Counted from the first letter of the stretch, positions 1-13,489 are shown. The stretch: 64,000 nt of DNA from Dicyema japonicum (GCA_011109175.1 RDEW01000002.1:1470111-1534110); one strand, 5' to 3'. Made by a program: numbers and translations. The notes: generated by a model not told the origin, from the sequence alone.

Positions 1-945
1 CCAAACAATTTCCGGGCTAGGATTTTCCTGGAGACAGAGTCGAAGGCCTTTGTAAATCGATCGAGCAAACGACGGTTTTGAGGAGGCGAGGATTTGTGTT
101 AAAGCCTTCAAGGATAAATTGTTTGAAGGATGTGAGGTGATAGAAGTTGAATAACCCATCTAATTTATGTTGTGAAGATGAAAAAGGAAGGGACGAGGTA
201 ATAAGATTATGAATCAGTTTTTCCAATAATTTTGATAAGGTGTATAGGTCGAAATGATGCAGGATTGTTAAGAGATAGGTCGAAATGATGCAGGATTGTC
301 CTTAGTCATCCCAGGTTTAAGGATTGGGAATTTATAGGACATTTGCCAGATAGTTGGAATTGTGTTTATTGAATAGTTGAAAATCACTGTGATTGCATCA
401 AGGTGTTTTAGTAAAATACCAAGGATAGAATCAGGCCCACAAAAGAGAGAAGAATTCATCCTCTTAAACCTCACTGACATCTGAATGTGAGATAAAGTTA
501 ATCGGCTCTTCAGTCTTAGAGGATAAATAAGGCCCATCCATTTTCCTGAAAGTTTTGTGCAGGCGTAAAATTTCATAAGTTTGTTAAGACTGTGCTGATC
601 CGTCTGTTTCTGCTAAAATTTCCTTTTGGGCCAAATTGTTTAATTTCTCTCCATATCGTCTGAGCGGATTTCTGAAATGGAAGATACTAGTTTGTCTTAT
701 TTGTTGGCTTTAGCTCTTCTAATCATTTTTGATATTTCGTCATTGAGAGTTTTTGTTTGATTATTCTGTCCGGGAAAGGGAGATACGTGTATTTTAGGTG
801 GTTCCTTTCTTTAATTAATGATTTGGTGTTCTGATAGAGTTTTTAATTGTAGAATTTAATTGTTCCGCGCGGAATGAATGTTTTCCGCGCCATGAGAATA
901 GTTTTATCCAAAAAGTCAATAGCTTCATCTATTGAGGGGAATATC
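1..945 (-). mobile_element. Decayed I/Jockey-group non-LTR retrotransposon (APE-RT linker and RT domains 1-3), runs off the window start
   Basis: Minus-strand peptides SIDEAIDFLDKTILMARKTFIP, PILKPGMTKDNPASFRPIS and SLPFSSSQH...LKTVVCSIDL match the more complete copy at 58-60.8 kb. Multiple frameshifts; 25-nt internal duplication at 244-299. Confidence 0.85.
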
Positions 946-1629
946 ATTATGTCAAGTTTAGTAGAGCTTGATCGATCGATGAATTGAGAGCCCAATGTTC
1001 TGAAGAGCCATTGTGTATTTCAAGGCTCTCCCTTCGGCAGTCTCGGAAGCCTTCCGATAAGCCTGATAAGCTCAGACATTCTCGGGCCAATAACGCAGAC
1101 GTCTCAAGGAGATCGGCTGGAAAAAGACCAGTCACCTCTCCTTTTCAAAACTTCAGCAGTGCTAGTTGCATATCCCACACAAATGATAAATTGAGCAAAT
1201 TACCATTAAAGAAAGTATTTGTGGCTTCAATCCGGATCAGTCCACAACTACGCATTTGGCTTCTTTAAATCAATTTACTACTAAAGGATTTAACACAATC
1301 AATTGTCATCTTCGGACTTTGTTACATTGGAGATCCAGAAGGCCTTTAAATCAACGTGGTTTTTTGCGTCTCTTAAAGAACTCGTAAACAAATATCTTTT
1401 GCAGAACGGTCCTAAAGAATGATACCCGATCAAATTTCTTAATAGACGATCTCAGAAACACTCGCACGGGACCGTTAATGTATCTTGGAATGAGAATGCG
1501 GTTATTATTGGAAACTAGGATCACCTAATAGCCAAAGTAACAATGATATTAACTAATTTTGTGGGAAGGTCATCAAATGATCTCTTTTGAATAAATTTGT
1601 CAAAATTTTAAAATCCAAGACACAGGGCG

Positions 1630-2062
1630 ATCAACGAATTGTCAAGCGACAGAGGAGACGGCCTGGACAAAGGAGACGGAAAACGTCCCGACGGGATCAC
1701 AATTTTCCCATTCAAAGAGGGGAAACCTTTGGTCTGGGACGCTTCTTTTGTCGACCCACTTTACCCGTTTAATATTGTCGGGAGCGCAGTAGACACACTG
1801 AAAAAAACGATGAGAGCAAAGGAGAAAAAATACGAAGCGCTACGCGACCGATTCGCGTTCTATCCTATTGTGGTCGAGACAACTGGAGGAATAAGTGGAT
1901 AATCGCTTCGTTTCCTAAAGAAACTTGGACGTTTAGCTACACTAAAAAGCCACGACGCACGTGAGACCCGGCGGTTTCTCTAGTTGATCTCTGTTGCAAT
2001 CGTGAGAGGCAGCGCAGCGTCGATAATGTCGGCGGGGTTTACTTTGGATGGTTGGCTCTGTT
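1630..2062 (+). mobile_element. CRE-clade non-LTR retrotransposon 3' fragment (restriction-like endonuclease domain)
   Basis: KRPDGITIFPFKEGKPLVWDASFVD...KEKKY...FYPIVVETTG, then ISVAIVRGSAASI after stops. This is the typical CRE C-terminal PD-(D/E)xK region. Confidence 0.8.
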
Positions 2063-2554
2063 AATTAAATTACGTTATAATAATTGATTTTAAAATTATT
2101 GATTCATTCAAATTTGTTTCATTATTTTGCTCGGTTTTTTCTTCCTCTGGAATTTTCCAATTTTTAATCATCTTTTCAAAACAATTTTTTGTATCTGACG
2201 AAACATTTTCCCACGATTCAATATTAAAGTTACAGTATTTATTAATTTACATTCTTTTACTCTTTTCTCATATGTATTTTTATAATTGTCTTTGATCATG
2301 CTTAACTTTCTTCACAAGCTTTTTTATATTTTGATTTAAAAGAATTTATAATCCCCTGATTTAAAGGTTTTAATTTCGATGTTGTGTTTGTGGTAGAAAT
2401 TACAATTCATTCAAACCTCAAATTGACTAGTTACGACCCAGACAATTGTCGAAAGAAATGAGGAATCATATCTCTCATTAGTGAGACTTTAATTAATTTT
2501 TGTTTTTTGAAATGATTTCCTTAATAATTATTGGATTTTTGATTAGGATAATTC

Positions 2555-2645
2555 GTAAGCAAATAAAAAGTGGCTCTTCATTTTTTTTGTAATTTCCGAA
2601 AATGTCAAAAAGTGGCTCTTCTCCAAAAGTATTTGCCGAGCCCTG
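2555..2645 (-). mobile_element. Possible solo hAT-like transposon end
   Basis: Minus strand starts CAGGGCTCGGCAAATAC with a twice-repeated subterminal GAAGAGCCACTTTTT. No partner end found in the window. Confidence 0.3.
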
Positions 2646-2647
2646 GC

Positions 2648-3775
2648 CTAGGTGAGTTGCACGTGTTTTTTTCGGCCACGGCCGAATTTATCACGGGGTA
2701 AATATAGTTTCTCCTTATTGGATGCCAGCACATAAACATGGTTCTCTCTGAGTACTCCACGGATCATAACATCCATCTCATCATACTCTTTAGGCTCAAA
2801 CTCCACAACACCTATGTAGTAGTTTAGCAGCGAGACAGCATACACTTTTAATGCTAGGAACAAATTCCTTGCATTTAGAGACGTCTTACATAATAACGCT
2901 GCTCTTTTACGGATGCTTTCAGTAATTTGTCGCTTTGTCTCAGGCATTATAAGGGACTTTGAAGTTTCGGTAACACCCAGATACTTATATCCTTCGTGTT
3001 CCTCTAAGACTCTTACTAACTCGCTACATACTTGCGTGTTAGTCGCAGACTTTGAATAATTTAAATCTAGTCCTATACTCTCAAAGAATTCCCTGGCACA
3101 AACCCCCATGGAGTAGAGCTCTCGGCTGTTCGAATATACATTTTCAGGTCATCGATAAAAAGAATGTGATTTGTACTGAAACAAACCCCTTACAATAAAC
3201 CGGTATTTGCTCAAAACGGTCATTGGGAAGGCGACTCAATGGCTCCAAACGGAGAACAAAGAGCAGCGGAGACATGCTATCCCCCTGAAGGATCCGCCTC
3301 TGAGTTTTACCTTGCCTATCCGGTGCCTATTATAGTTTAGACGAATACTCCACCTATTCATCACAGCCACTACAAAGCTGATGAACCATAAGGCATACAC
3401 AGACTGTGTAGGCACTCGACAAGGTAAGAATGATCAACTGAATCGTAAGCTTTTTTCACATCAACCCACATAGACAAAAGTGAATTTCCGTAAGACACAG
3501 AGAGGGACTTGTTGATCAAAGCCTCCTCTTTTGCTACCTGACAATTTCGCATAGCACTCAACTAATTCTCGAGAGAATCCCATTTCCTTCTACAAAGCTC
3601 CTGACCTCATTAGCCATCAATTTGGTCATCAGCTCATACAAGGTTGGCATGCAGTTTATCGGTCGATAATCTGCAGCAGACTGAGGGTTGTCCAGCTTTA
3701 GGATCAAATAAGTTGTCCCGGTGCAGGCCCAATCAGGAATCGTTTCCGGATAATGTGTCACATGGGCCAAGCGTT
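2648..3775 (-). mobile_element. R4-clade non-LTR retrotransposon RT fragment (pseudogene)
   Basis: DYRPINCMPTLYELMTK, AKEEALIN, WVDVKKAYDSVDHSYL, GYKYLG, SLNARNLFLALKVYAVSLLNY, KLYLPRDKFGRG. Broken into three ORFs with an internal deletion. Confidence 0.8.
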
Positions 3776-5029
3776 ACCTATGGGCAGCCTGTTACATTAA
3801 CCTTGAACCAAGATTAACTTCAATTAATTTTATAAATGATTTATTAACCACAAAAAATTAAATTTAAGTAACTTTTTTTAGTCTACTCATTAATACAGTC
3901 GATATTTCTCCTTTCGAATTTTTATCTATCAAATTAAACTATTTAAAACTACCTCCACGCGATTATTCGATAAAATATTAATTATTTCTGCAACTGGATA
4001 ATACTGAGACTCAAACTTATCCAGTCGCAATGAGGAATTTGTTCCAAAGTCCTTTTTAGCCCGAACCTATTTATTAATGTTTTTGATTCATACTTTATCT
4101 CCCATGTTAAAAGTATATTTACTATTATGAACATTCATTTTCCTGTTCATAGCTTTGTAATAATTCGAATTTTCTTCAATCGATTTAATTTCGAAGTTGA
4201 ATCTCTTCGCATTCGGACACAAATTATCTGACTGGGAATTATCTAGATATAAATTTTTTAAATCAAACTACGTGAATTTTCAATAGATTCTGGAGTCGAA
4301 CAATTAACCAAATCGTCAATTTGTTCTGGAATCGCACACTCATCACTTAAATATATAAGTCATAATGATATAAGTATAACCATTAATTATTGAATTTATT
4401 CCTTAATTCCTCGATATCTTTCGAAAGGACTTTCGTTAGAAATGAATGGACCGATATAATTTTATCAGTATTTTGATAGAGTTAGTGGTGGGGATTTACG
4501 TTTCATTAAGTTCAAAAAGATCCAAGTTCCCGTAACGCTAATCCATGACTTGATTTAAAATTCGCGCAACTCTCCTGCCAAAGGCCTTGATAGTCTATGA
4601 ATCCTCCACTTGAAACACCTCGTACCTAGTGGACTCAATGCTCTCAAGGCCATTGATGAATTCTCAATCAACTCATGTTTTACTCTTACGTTATGCAAGA
4701 AATCGATAATTATTTTTGGGCTCAAAAACAACAAGGATTCCTCCTACAGATCTATTTCGTCAGTTGTATCAAAGATTTTGAACGAGATTTCAGACTACCT
4801 CTATGTTTGTGTTCCCATATGTCCCGATTCCGCTACCTCCTAAAAAAATTCTGACTTGATGGTGACAAACTGGATGCCTTCATCCACGTCGAAATCCTTA
4901 TGTGACACACAGTAGGCATCGTTCGGTGAAGAAACGTTTCAAAGTAACAACGTATTTATCACAATTCCACTACCAACTCTTAAATTAAATTTTTTTAATC
5001 AGAACCACCGTCATAGCCAGAATGAGAAA

Positions 5030-5850
5030 ATTCAGGTGATCCCGGCCTCCCTCAGCACTCTTTGCATCTTTTCCTGATGTTCAGATTGTATCGATAAACT
5101 CACCCATGCTCTCTTGCATAAGCTGAACAGCAATAGCTTACACGACTTGTGAGAGGATTGGACATTATCTTCGTGTAAAGGCCTTTATGAAGAGTTTTTT
5201 ATTCCAAGAAAATATTTTTAATATCCCCACTGTCTTATGTGGTACGCTACGAAATCCATCTGAAATCCTGGTTATAGAAAATGGTACGAGGACAAGATGA
5301 AAATTAATCAGATTGGCTGTTATGAAGCAGGGTCCCTCAGGTTTTAGTATTAAAGAGAAAAGTGTGCTTCCATATTTTTTGTGGTATTGTAGTTTATAAG
5401 CCAATTAAAATGTCAAGTGGGAGATTGTATCTTCAATCCGATTTCACAAGCATGTTTCTATGAGAATACTTTTTGATAAGGGACTCTCCTTGTTTTATGG
5501 GAATGCACTTTGATGCACAGGCGTCAGCAGTAGGTCTTGAAACTGATGGCCGTGTATTGCTTCATGAGTAGATTAGGGTATACATGACACATGTACTCTG
5601 TAAAGACCCGTCTTGTCCGATCTACACCCACTGAAAGAGAAAATTGATTGGAGAGGGAAATCTTAGATTCTTCCATAAAGGCATGATCCACTTGGAATTC
5701 AGAAAGAAGAGTCCAAGGATCTTCCTTCTAATTGACATTCAATTGTAGAAATGACAAACCTGGGCCAAATTGGGTTCAAGCGAGTGGATATTGTGTCTCC
5801 AATAAATAGCAATTCCAAGAATAACGAAAGCCATCAATTGTTAAACCGAA
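5030..5850 (-). mobile_element. Heavily decayed, internally deleted I/Jockey-like LINE
   Basis: APE start-like QLNVN...QVDHAFMEESKI near 5650-5760, and the family C-terminus ...EAGIT* at about 5035-5050. Confidence 0.5.
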
Positions 5851-5905
5851 ATTGGAGAAACCTCGCAGATTAACAAGGAACTGTCACTCAGGTCTCTTGA
5901 ACATA

Positions 5906-7283
5906 CAGCGATAACAAATAAAAAACGGAACAGCCAATTTCTCAATTTTTCTAAATAAAAATTAATTTTTTTAATAAAAATTGAATTTTAAATTATAAGC
6001 TTAACTTTGACTTTTACAAAAATCCAAACGTCAAAGATTTTGGTATTTAAACCCAATTTTTTCAAACAAAATAAAAAGAGAACGAAAATAGTTCAAAATT
6101 TAGTATGACCCCCTTGAGCATTTATTGCTTCTAAAATTCTACTCCGCATTGATCCAACAAGCGATTTCTATTCGAGATCGTTCCAAATTTTTTCATTTCT
6201 TCGAATAGGTCACTTTTTTTAAATTCGGTTCCCCTTATTTTTTGTTTCATGAAGGCCCACACGTGCTCGATTGGATTCAAATCGGGACTTTGAGGGTGGC
6301 ATTGTAATAACTCAATTCCGTGTTCATTGAAAAAATCTTTAGCCACCTAGCAGGTGTGCTTTGGATCATATCTTGCTGAAAAATTGGAGACCGGATTCCT
6401 GTTTTCTCCAAAAAAGGCAAGAAATTATCCGCCAAGATGCTTACATATAAGTTCCCATTCATAATTCCTTTTATCCACACAAGTTCCGAAAAACATTCCA
6501 TGTGAATGCGCCCCAAACCATTGCGTCTCCTTTTCCGAACTTCACTGTTGCGGTAACATTTTTGTTTAAAAGCCTTTCTCCCATCTTTCTCCAGACAAAT
6601 TTTCGTCCATCGGGATTAAATAGATTTATCACTAAAGATAACTCGATTCCAGAACACATTTGGTAACATGTTCCACTTTGTGCACTGAGAAAGTCTCGTC
6701 GTTTTGTGTTTTTTCGATAGATATGGCCTTTTCGTAGGCTGAAACGTCGATATATTCAGTCTTTTCAGGTATTGTTTCACTGTCTGTGATCTGACAACAG
6801 TTCCCGTTTCATAACGTAAAATTTCAGAACATTTTACAGAATTGAAATTGACATCACTTTTTTGTTCACCTTCAATTATTTCGAGATCATCAGAGTTAAG
6901 GAAAAATCTTCGCCCTGAGCCTTTTTTTTCTCTCGAAGGAATCATTCATGGTGAAGTTTTTGATGATTCCAACTTTATAATAAGCAATAATTTATCCTTT
7001 TTCTTAATATGTAACCTTGTAGAACCATGTAACACGAAACAAAACGTGTAATAAATAAAAATGGGTTCAAAAAACTTTGGAAAAAATAGAGAATTTTTTT
7101 TGTTCTCTTTTTTATTTTGTTCGGAAAAACTGGATTAATTACGTACCAATATATAGGGCGTTTTAATTTTTAAAAGGCTGAAGTTAAGTTGTATTTTTAA
7201 AATTCAATTTTTGTTAAAAAAAATTAATCATTCAATAGAAAAAAATCGAAAAATGAGTGTTCCGTTTTTTATTTGTATCGCTG
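5906..7283 (-). mobile_element. Complete Tc1/mariner (DD34E-type) DNA transposon with about 200-bp imperfect TIRs, TA target duplication and frameshifted transposase
   Basis: Ends read TA|CAGCGATAACAAATAAAAAACGGAACA and TGTTCCGTTTTTTATTTGTATCGCTG|TA, and the inverted similarity extends about 200 bp. Transposase motifs VIFSD, MVWGAF, FQQD, QSPDLNPIEHVW and GGHTKF* are split over three frames (about 6095-6945). Confidence 0.93.
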
Positions 7284-7299
7284 TATATCTACGGAGATC

Positions 7300-7900
7300 A
7301 CATAAATTATTTCCTGGCTAAACAATCTGTGCCTGTTAGCTCAAATGAAATTAGTGGAGATGGCCAACAAAGAGTTTGGTGGGTGGTTTGAACATAGTGC
7401 TATTGAATGGCCACTTTTTAAGGGAAAGACATGATGATTTAGCACTCCTTTAGGCGGTTTCTAAGATCGACATTCTCCTATTGCTAAGAGCCAAGTTGAG
7501 ACGATGTGTGAACTGTAAGGATAGGGAGATCTAGTAGAATCGGGATGATTAAAAGAACCATTGACAGAATACTAAGGGATAAAACAGGAAGAGAGTGAAA
7601 GGTTAAAGGTGGTAGGATAGACATTAAAAACCCTTTTTTGTCAAAGTAATCTTCATGTAGTAGAAGCATATTCCACAGCCGTGCTATGGTTTGTCGGTAT
7701 AGTTGTTGGATGGATTCTTCAAGATTGAAAAAAGTACTCTTGACAAGTTCAAATCATTTTGTTTTTGTAGGCCCTTTGTGAGGATTTTCTTTCATTGATC
7801 GTGAGGAAACTTCATCAGTCTGTCGTATGTTGCTCAGAGCGAATACTGCCAAAGATTCTAAAAGGAGGAAATACTGGGATCGGTTCGTCTTCCAGCCGAT
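7300..7900 (-). mobile_element. Possible Penelope-like RT remnant
   Basis: Weak motifs only (HEDYFDKKGFLMS resembles the PLE DY..K...LL segment); heavily degraded. Confidence 0.2.
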
Positions 7901-8479
7901 CTCCGTTGAAACGTCTGACGTCACTTTCCCCACCACATCAAAGTTTATCAATTTGATTGGACGACTCTCATGACTGTGGAAGCAAGAGCCTAGAATGACA
8001 CGATGGTTCTTATAGAACATTAAGGTCGCAATCATGAAAAGTAACTCCCATTGCATACTCAATGGAAGATAATAATAATAATGGAAGAAGAGGAAAGAGT
8101 GCTATCCAGGGAAGTTGGTTGGTCAGTATCTCTGTATGGTGTTTTTGTGATTGTCAAAAAGCCCCCCTTGAGTCGGAAGGTTGACTTGATAGCAAAATTG
8201 TGTATTTTGCATTCATGTCATTAGTGATTCATTAAATAAAAGAAAGTTGTTCAGATAAGGCTGATAAGGTTATTTTTATTTATCTCCGGTCCCTTCAAGT
8301 GAAAGAAACCAGTAGCAACATTAAAGCTATTTTCTGACATATTAACCACAATTAAATTAATTTAAATTGTTGAAAATATCTTTGTGAATAATTTTATGAT
8401 TGAACTAATTAGTTATCGATTTATTAAACAATTTTATTGTCTAATAACAATTAGGTTCTATAAATTAATAGTTAGGGAG

Positions 8480-8700
8480 TTTGAATGGATTTGCTGTTTC
8501 CTCTGACGATAGCTAAGCCATCCAGTTTCAGGTGGATCCTTGGTGACTCCTTAGATCCTTGAGCCGATCCGACGGACTAGATCGTCAGCTGTGGGTCAAA
8601 GATTCCTGACGTCTCAACAACAGATGGGACAAACAAGTGATACTCCGAAATGCTTTCGCACTTCCTTCTCTTCTGATCCTCGGCTTGACTCATAAAATAG
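8480..8700 (-). mobile_element. CRE-clade 3' fragment
   Basis: YHLFVPSVVETSGIFDP...LAIVRGNSKSI, homologous to 1630-2062. Confidence 0.65.
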
Positions 8701-9845
8701 CCAATTGGCTGTGGGTCAATTGATGGCATGCCATGTCCAATAAAGGAAAAGGGGTTTTTATGAAATTTTTTAAGACAAGGTGTTTGTGAATGACTGCAAT
8801 TTTTTTTATCTTCAAATTCAACGTTCACAGAAAAAAGTTTTAATTTAATTTCACGAATTATTCCGTTTATTATTGATTTATCAAACTTGCCCTCTTTCTC
8901 GATTATTTCGTCTTACGAATTCCAAGCCTAAAACCCCAAGAGGGATGCCATGAATAACATGCCGATAACCTTTTTTACCAAAAAATTATGGAGATAATTG
9001 TGCTCAGTAAAGTAGGACTCTAACTAATAACCTTTCCGATAATGATAATTAAGCTGGTAGCCTGTGGCCGAGCATAGTTAGTGCAGATGTCCTTTATCAT
9101 TGGGAAAAGGGTCCAATCGAGAGGTAATAGCTAATTCTGTCTCCTCAACCGGACGATTTGGCACGTTTCCCCAAGTATAGGTTTAACCGAATTAATGTAT
9201 CCAATTTTCTCATAGTTTGTATATCCAATAACTTTAAGTGCATGTTATACGCATTAGAAAAACAAGGGGAAGTATTGACCCACCATGAGTTGGTAAAGAT
9301 ATTCTAGTCAAGTACAGCTGGGTGATTAGGTCACCCTTGTCCCCGTGTTGTTATATTCGACAGTTTGATGTCATGAGTTGTCCAATATCCAAAGAACTCG
9401 GTCATTTTATCTTCAGTGTGAAAAATGAAGATATAACAAGACCTTCTGGAAAATTCTATAAACCCACGTGGATGAAAGCTTCTCAAAGAATGACAATCAC
9501 AAGCAACATAAACATGTTAACGTAGAGCTTCATGCAGATGAAGTTCTCTTAATTTTGGGATGGACGAGATTTGAACCCGGATCCTGCCTCGGACACTTCA
9601 GAACTTAGAGTTTCCGATTTCTCATGAGTCCGTTATTTGTTCGTTCTCCGAAGGAAGACAAAGGCGTTCATCCACCTTGAACCAAAAAGGACATTCCCTC
9701 CAATAGTACGTCCTCAGCTCAACCCTCCCATAAATTGATCACTTGGGTGTCTCTCCAAGAAGTAAATATCAAAGGACAATCCTTGGCAATATTATTAGCG
9801 CTTAATTAATTCGTTCAAAATATTTATCCGCGCTTATTCGCTCAG

Positions 9846-11645
9846 ATGGACCCAAAAGTCTCTGGAAATGAAAATAGTAGGGTTGCTGTATATTTTAGCT
9901 TTCACTGTTCAGTCCCCCACAGACAAAAAGGAGGAACAGAAATTAGGTTGGTAAATTTATCGACTTACTTTCCCCACATTTAGGTCGCTTGATGGTGTTA
10001 GTGATCATTCTAAAGATTTTGGTAGCAATCTTGGCCTTGTACTTCTTCATTGTCTTCCTGAAACTTCTCAGTACGTCGCTAATACTCGTCGGGGGTAATA
10101 ATCATGGGATATTTGTAGGACAGAAAGCAGGGGGGTCTTTAAACAACGCAAAATTATTAAATAATCCAATCTCCGGTCTTGTGATCGGGATCCTGATAAC
10201 CATAGTAGTCCAGAGCTCCTCAGCCTCGTCCTCAATAATCGTCACTATGGTCGGAAATAAAAGTATTCATGTGAGTGTATTTGGAGTAATCTCAGTCAGT
10301 AACGCTATTCCAATCATTATGGGGGCAAACATTGGTACTTCACTCACAAACACGATCGTCTCCTTTGGAAACTTGAAAGATCGCAAGGATTTTGCCCAGG
10401 CCTTTTCGGGGGCGATCATTCATGATATCTTCAACCTGCTGTCAGTCGCCATCTTTCTCCCCCTGGAAATACTACTACGTAGCTATATTTGTTTCATTAA
10501 ATAAGACAGCACCGCCAAAGTTGGATATTTAGAATACATCTCCCACAAGTCTGTGGTTGGTCTGATATGCACGGACTGCCCAAAAACCAAGAAAATCGAC
10601 TTTTTGGGGAAAATCACCAGTGGAGTCACAAACCTGATAATTCAGATCGACAAAAAGGCTATCAAACAGAACCTGTTGAGGACAGAAAATTTCATAAGCA
10701 TCCTTAAGAACTGCAAAGGAAATGTTGAAGACAAAGTGGAAACTTACCCCTGTTTTGAGTTTTTGTGATTTTCAGGCAAATATATGTTCGCAAATTCAAA
10801 GCTTGGGGACAAGGAAATAGGAATCATCATCCTCATCATTTCATTAGTGGCTCTGGTCATCTGCCTCATTTGCCTAGTAAAAATCCTTTATTCGCTGCTC
10901 AACACAAAACTCGTCGTTGGAGTCAAAAAAGTTTGCAAAAATTAACTTTTAGGTAATAAATGCAGATTTTCCGGGGAACTGGAAGTATTTCACGGATTAT
11001 GTTGCTCTTATTGCAGGAATATTATTCACAATCCTTCTTCAGAGTAGTTCAGCCTTTACTTCCATACTTACTCCGATGGTGGGGATGGGAATCATCTCCA
11101 TCCACCGACTTTATCCAATGTGCCTCGGCTCTAATCTGGGGACAACATTCACGGCTATTCTGGCTGCTCTGACAATCGACCCCAAAACTCGTTTTGTGGC
11201 TCTGCAGATAGCCTTTTGTCATCTTTACTTTAATCTCAGTGGCATTCTCATTTGGTACCCAATCCCCTACATGAGATCGGTGGTTTCTAAATAAACTTTT
11301 TAGATCCCAATTTCATGTGCTCTCAAGATTGGGAGGATTACTCAGAAATATCCCTGGTTTTCCGGAGTTTACATTATTTTTGTCTTCTGTGTGATCCCAG
11401 GAATCACTATGGGATTGTCACTGATCAGCATATACGTTGTTGTCGCTGTTTATTCTTTGATTTTTCTCATTTTCATCGTAGTCCGGGTCATATCAGTTTT
11501 ACAACGAAGGAAACCACATATTTTACCAGATTTTTTGAAAACTTGGAAGTTTCTCCCGAGATGGCTTCGATCTTTGGAGGTGTATGATAAATTCATAATG
11601 AAAATATTCAACCGGATTTTCAAGAAAAAATCCAGACCTTCCTAA
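9846..11645 (+). CDS. SLC34A: Type II sodium/phosphate cotransporter (NaPi-II), spliced across about 8 introns of 22-37 nt
   Basis: Both QSSS repeats (ITIVVQSSSASSSII; TILLQSSSAFTSILTP), IMGANIGTS, GSNLGTT and HLYFNLSGILIWYP. Hand splicing gives an open frame from ATG 9846 to TAA 11645; the first two short exons are less certain. Confidence 0.93.
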
Positions 11646-11695
11646 GAGTGTATAGTTTGACTGACTAATTTCGTTATAAATTAATATTGAGAGTT

Positions 11696-12100
11696 TTATA
11701 TACTAGTTCTCACAATATGGAACACCAAGTGATGTGGTTCTTCTATAGATCGTTGGGGATTTCTCCCATCATTGTGGTCTCTACTTGAAGAGCCAAAGAA
11801 GTATTGGATTACAATTTCATTCGGCGGTTCATCCCAAAATCTATAGGAGAGTGATCTTTGTGGCAATAAGGATGACCTGTCTTTAAGGGGGAAAGTTGTA
11901 TGCAATTGAGGATCCACGATTTTGGCTAACTAACCCTGTGTAGTCTCGGCTATAGATAATTCTTTGGTTGTTGCTGATAAATCACTAGTCTCTGCTATGG
12001 ATGATTCAATAGTGATCCTACGGCCAATGCAGATAAATCCTTTAGTCCCGGCTATAGGTGACTCTGGTTGCTGCTGAACTCCCTGATAAGCAAATTTGAG
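11696..12100 (-). CDS. Possible uncharacterised gene (Ser/Thr-rich exon with imperfect internal repeats joined to ORF 11696-11917)
   Basis: Open exon GVQQQPESPIAGTK...SIAETSD...SIAETTQ after a TTATCAG acceptor. No homology recognised. Confidence 0.2.
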
Positions 12101-12865
12101 AAATTGTTTTATTCCTAAGCAAAATGAAATTTATAAAATTTATTTTCTGATTGTGAATGACAATTCTCAAATACGCGCGAACTAAATTAACAAAAAAGTA
12201 TCTTTTAATAAAAAATATGGCATATTTCACGTCAATTGAACTAAACTTTAGGGAATGACTATTTTCATATCCAAAAAGATTAAATCCATAAATAACTGAG
12301 TCCAACACATCAATAAACTAAAATCAGAAATATTTAAGTTAATTATTGTCTTAGGTTCACTAGGCTGAAGAGTGTCTCAAAGACAGACAAGAAGGGCGAA
12401 TCAGGGGCTGTTGCTCTTTTCATTGGTCAACTCTGATTTGGAAAAGTTTTACGGTAGTTGAGAAGCACTTTATAGAGAGAGCTGTTTCCCCCACCCACTA
12501 ACAAGGATCACTGTCCAACCACAACTACCTACCAGATTAACTAGGCAGGAAATAAAACGATCGACAGCAACCAATGAGGGGAACACCTTCCTCTGTGATA
12601 CCCTTAGTACTCGAAAAAAAGCAAAACCAGAACTGAGCACATGCTCGACTCTTTAACAGACTATCCCCCACAAATCCTCCACTATACGATTCAATTTAGC
12701 CTAAAAAGCAATGACAAGGCAAATTTAAAGAAAGTTAATAGCAAAGAGAGTCCATAGAGCACAAAGGATGAGAGTCCAATGGTTGTTAGCAAAAATAAGG
12801 GACCCAAAAAAGAGACTCAGAAAGAGCCCCCTTTTGAGCCACAGACAACCATTGGACTCACGTTG

Positions 12866-13489
12866 TTACTCGACCTCCATAGGGGTCACTATCTTCTTTT
12901 TAGCAACCAGAACCGACTTATCGTCTCCCAGAGCTTTCCTCATATCTAAGAAATTAAGACTATCCTCACCTAGAGCGTCCTCGTCCCCATAGTACCCGAG
13001 GACCGTTCTGTAAACGGACGTAACCCAACTTCTCGTACATACTCCGGGCCACCTTGTTCGAGTTCCTGACATACAAATCTACGAATTTGCAGTTTTTCCT
13101 GTCGAAATACAATTTACTAGTAACTGAGCTGAGACGGTCTCCAAATGATCCATCAGTTTGCTGGCCACTCCGCATTTTCTGAATTCACAGTCCACAGAAA
13201 TTGAGGTTACGTGTCCGTGGAAGTCATTAATTCCCTCAGCCTTCCCCATTACTTTAGATATTTAGTTTGATTACCAAATCCAATTATTTTGCCGTCAATG
13301 CTCTCCGTTACCATGAGGTATTCAGAATGTAGAGAGTAGTAGATCATATAGAAGAGAAATCAAACTAAACGTGCATAAATAGTCATACATTCTCTGTAAA
13401 CTTGTCAAGATTACTAGAAATTGATTAAAACATTACATGTTGTTCATGTGGAATAAATCCTCACACCTGAAAGGTCTAACAAAAACCAT
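12866..13489 (-). CDS. NAA20: NatB catalytic subunit N-alpha-acetyltransferase 20, 5 tiny introns; two 1-nt indels relative to homologs
   Basis: MVFVRPFRCEDLFHMNNINLDKFTE, VMGKAEG, HGHVTSISV, FVDLYVRNSNKVARSMYEKLGY, YRTVLGYY, DMRKAL. Needs +1 nt at about 13352 and -1 nt at about 13016. Confidence 0.92.

Noticed and set aside
947-1268. Overlapping short ORFs 947-1135 and 984-1268
   Set aside because: No motifs, splice pattern or homology that I could support.
9556-9600. tRNA gene
   Set aside because: Only a B-box-like stretch; no acceptor stem or cloverleaf could be built.
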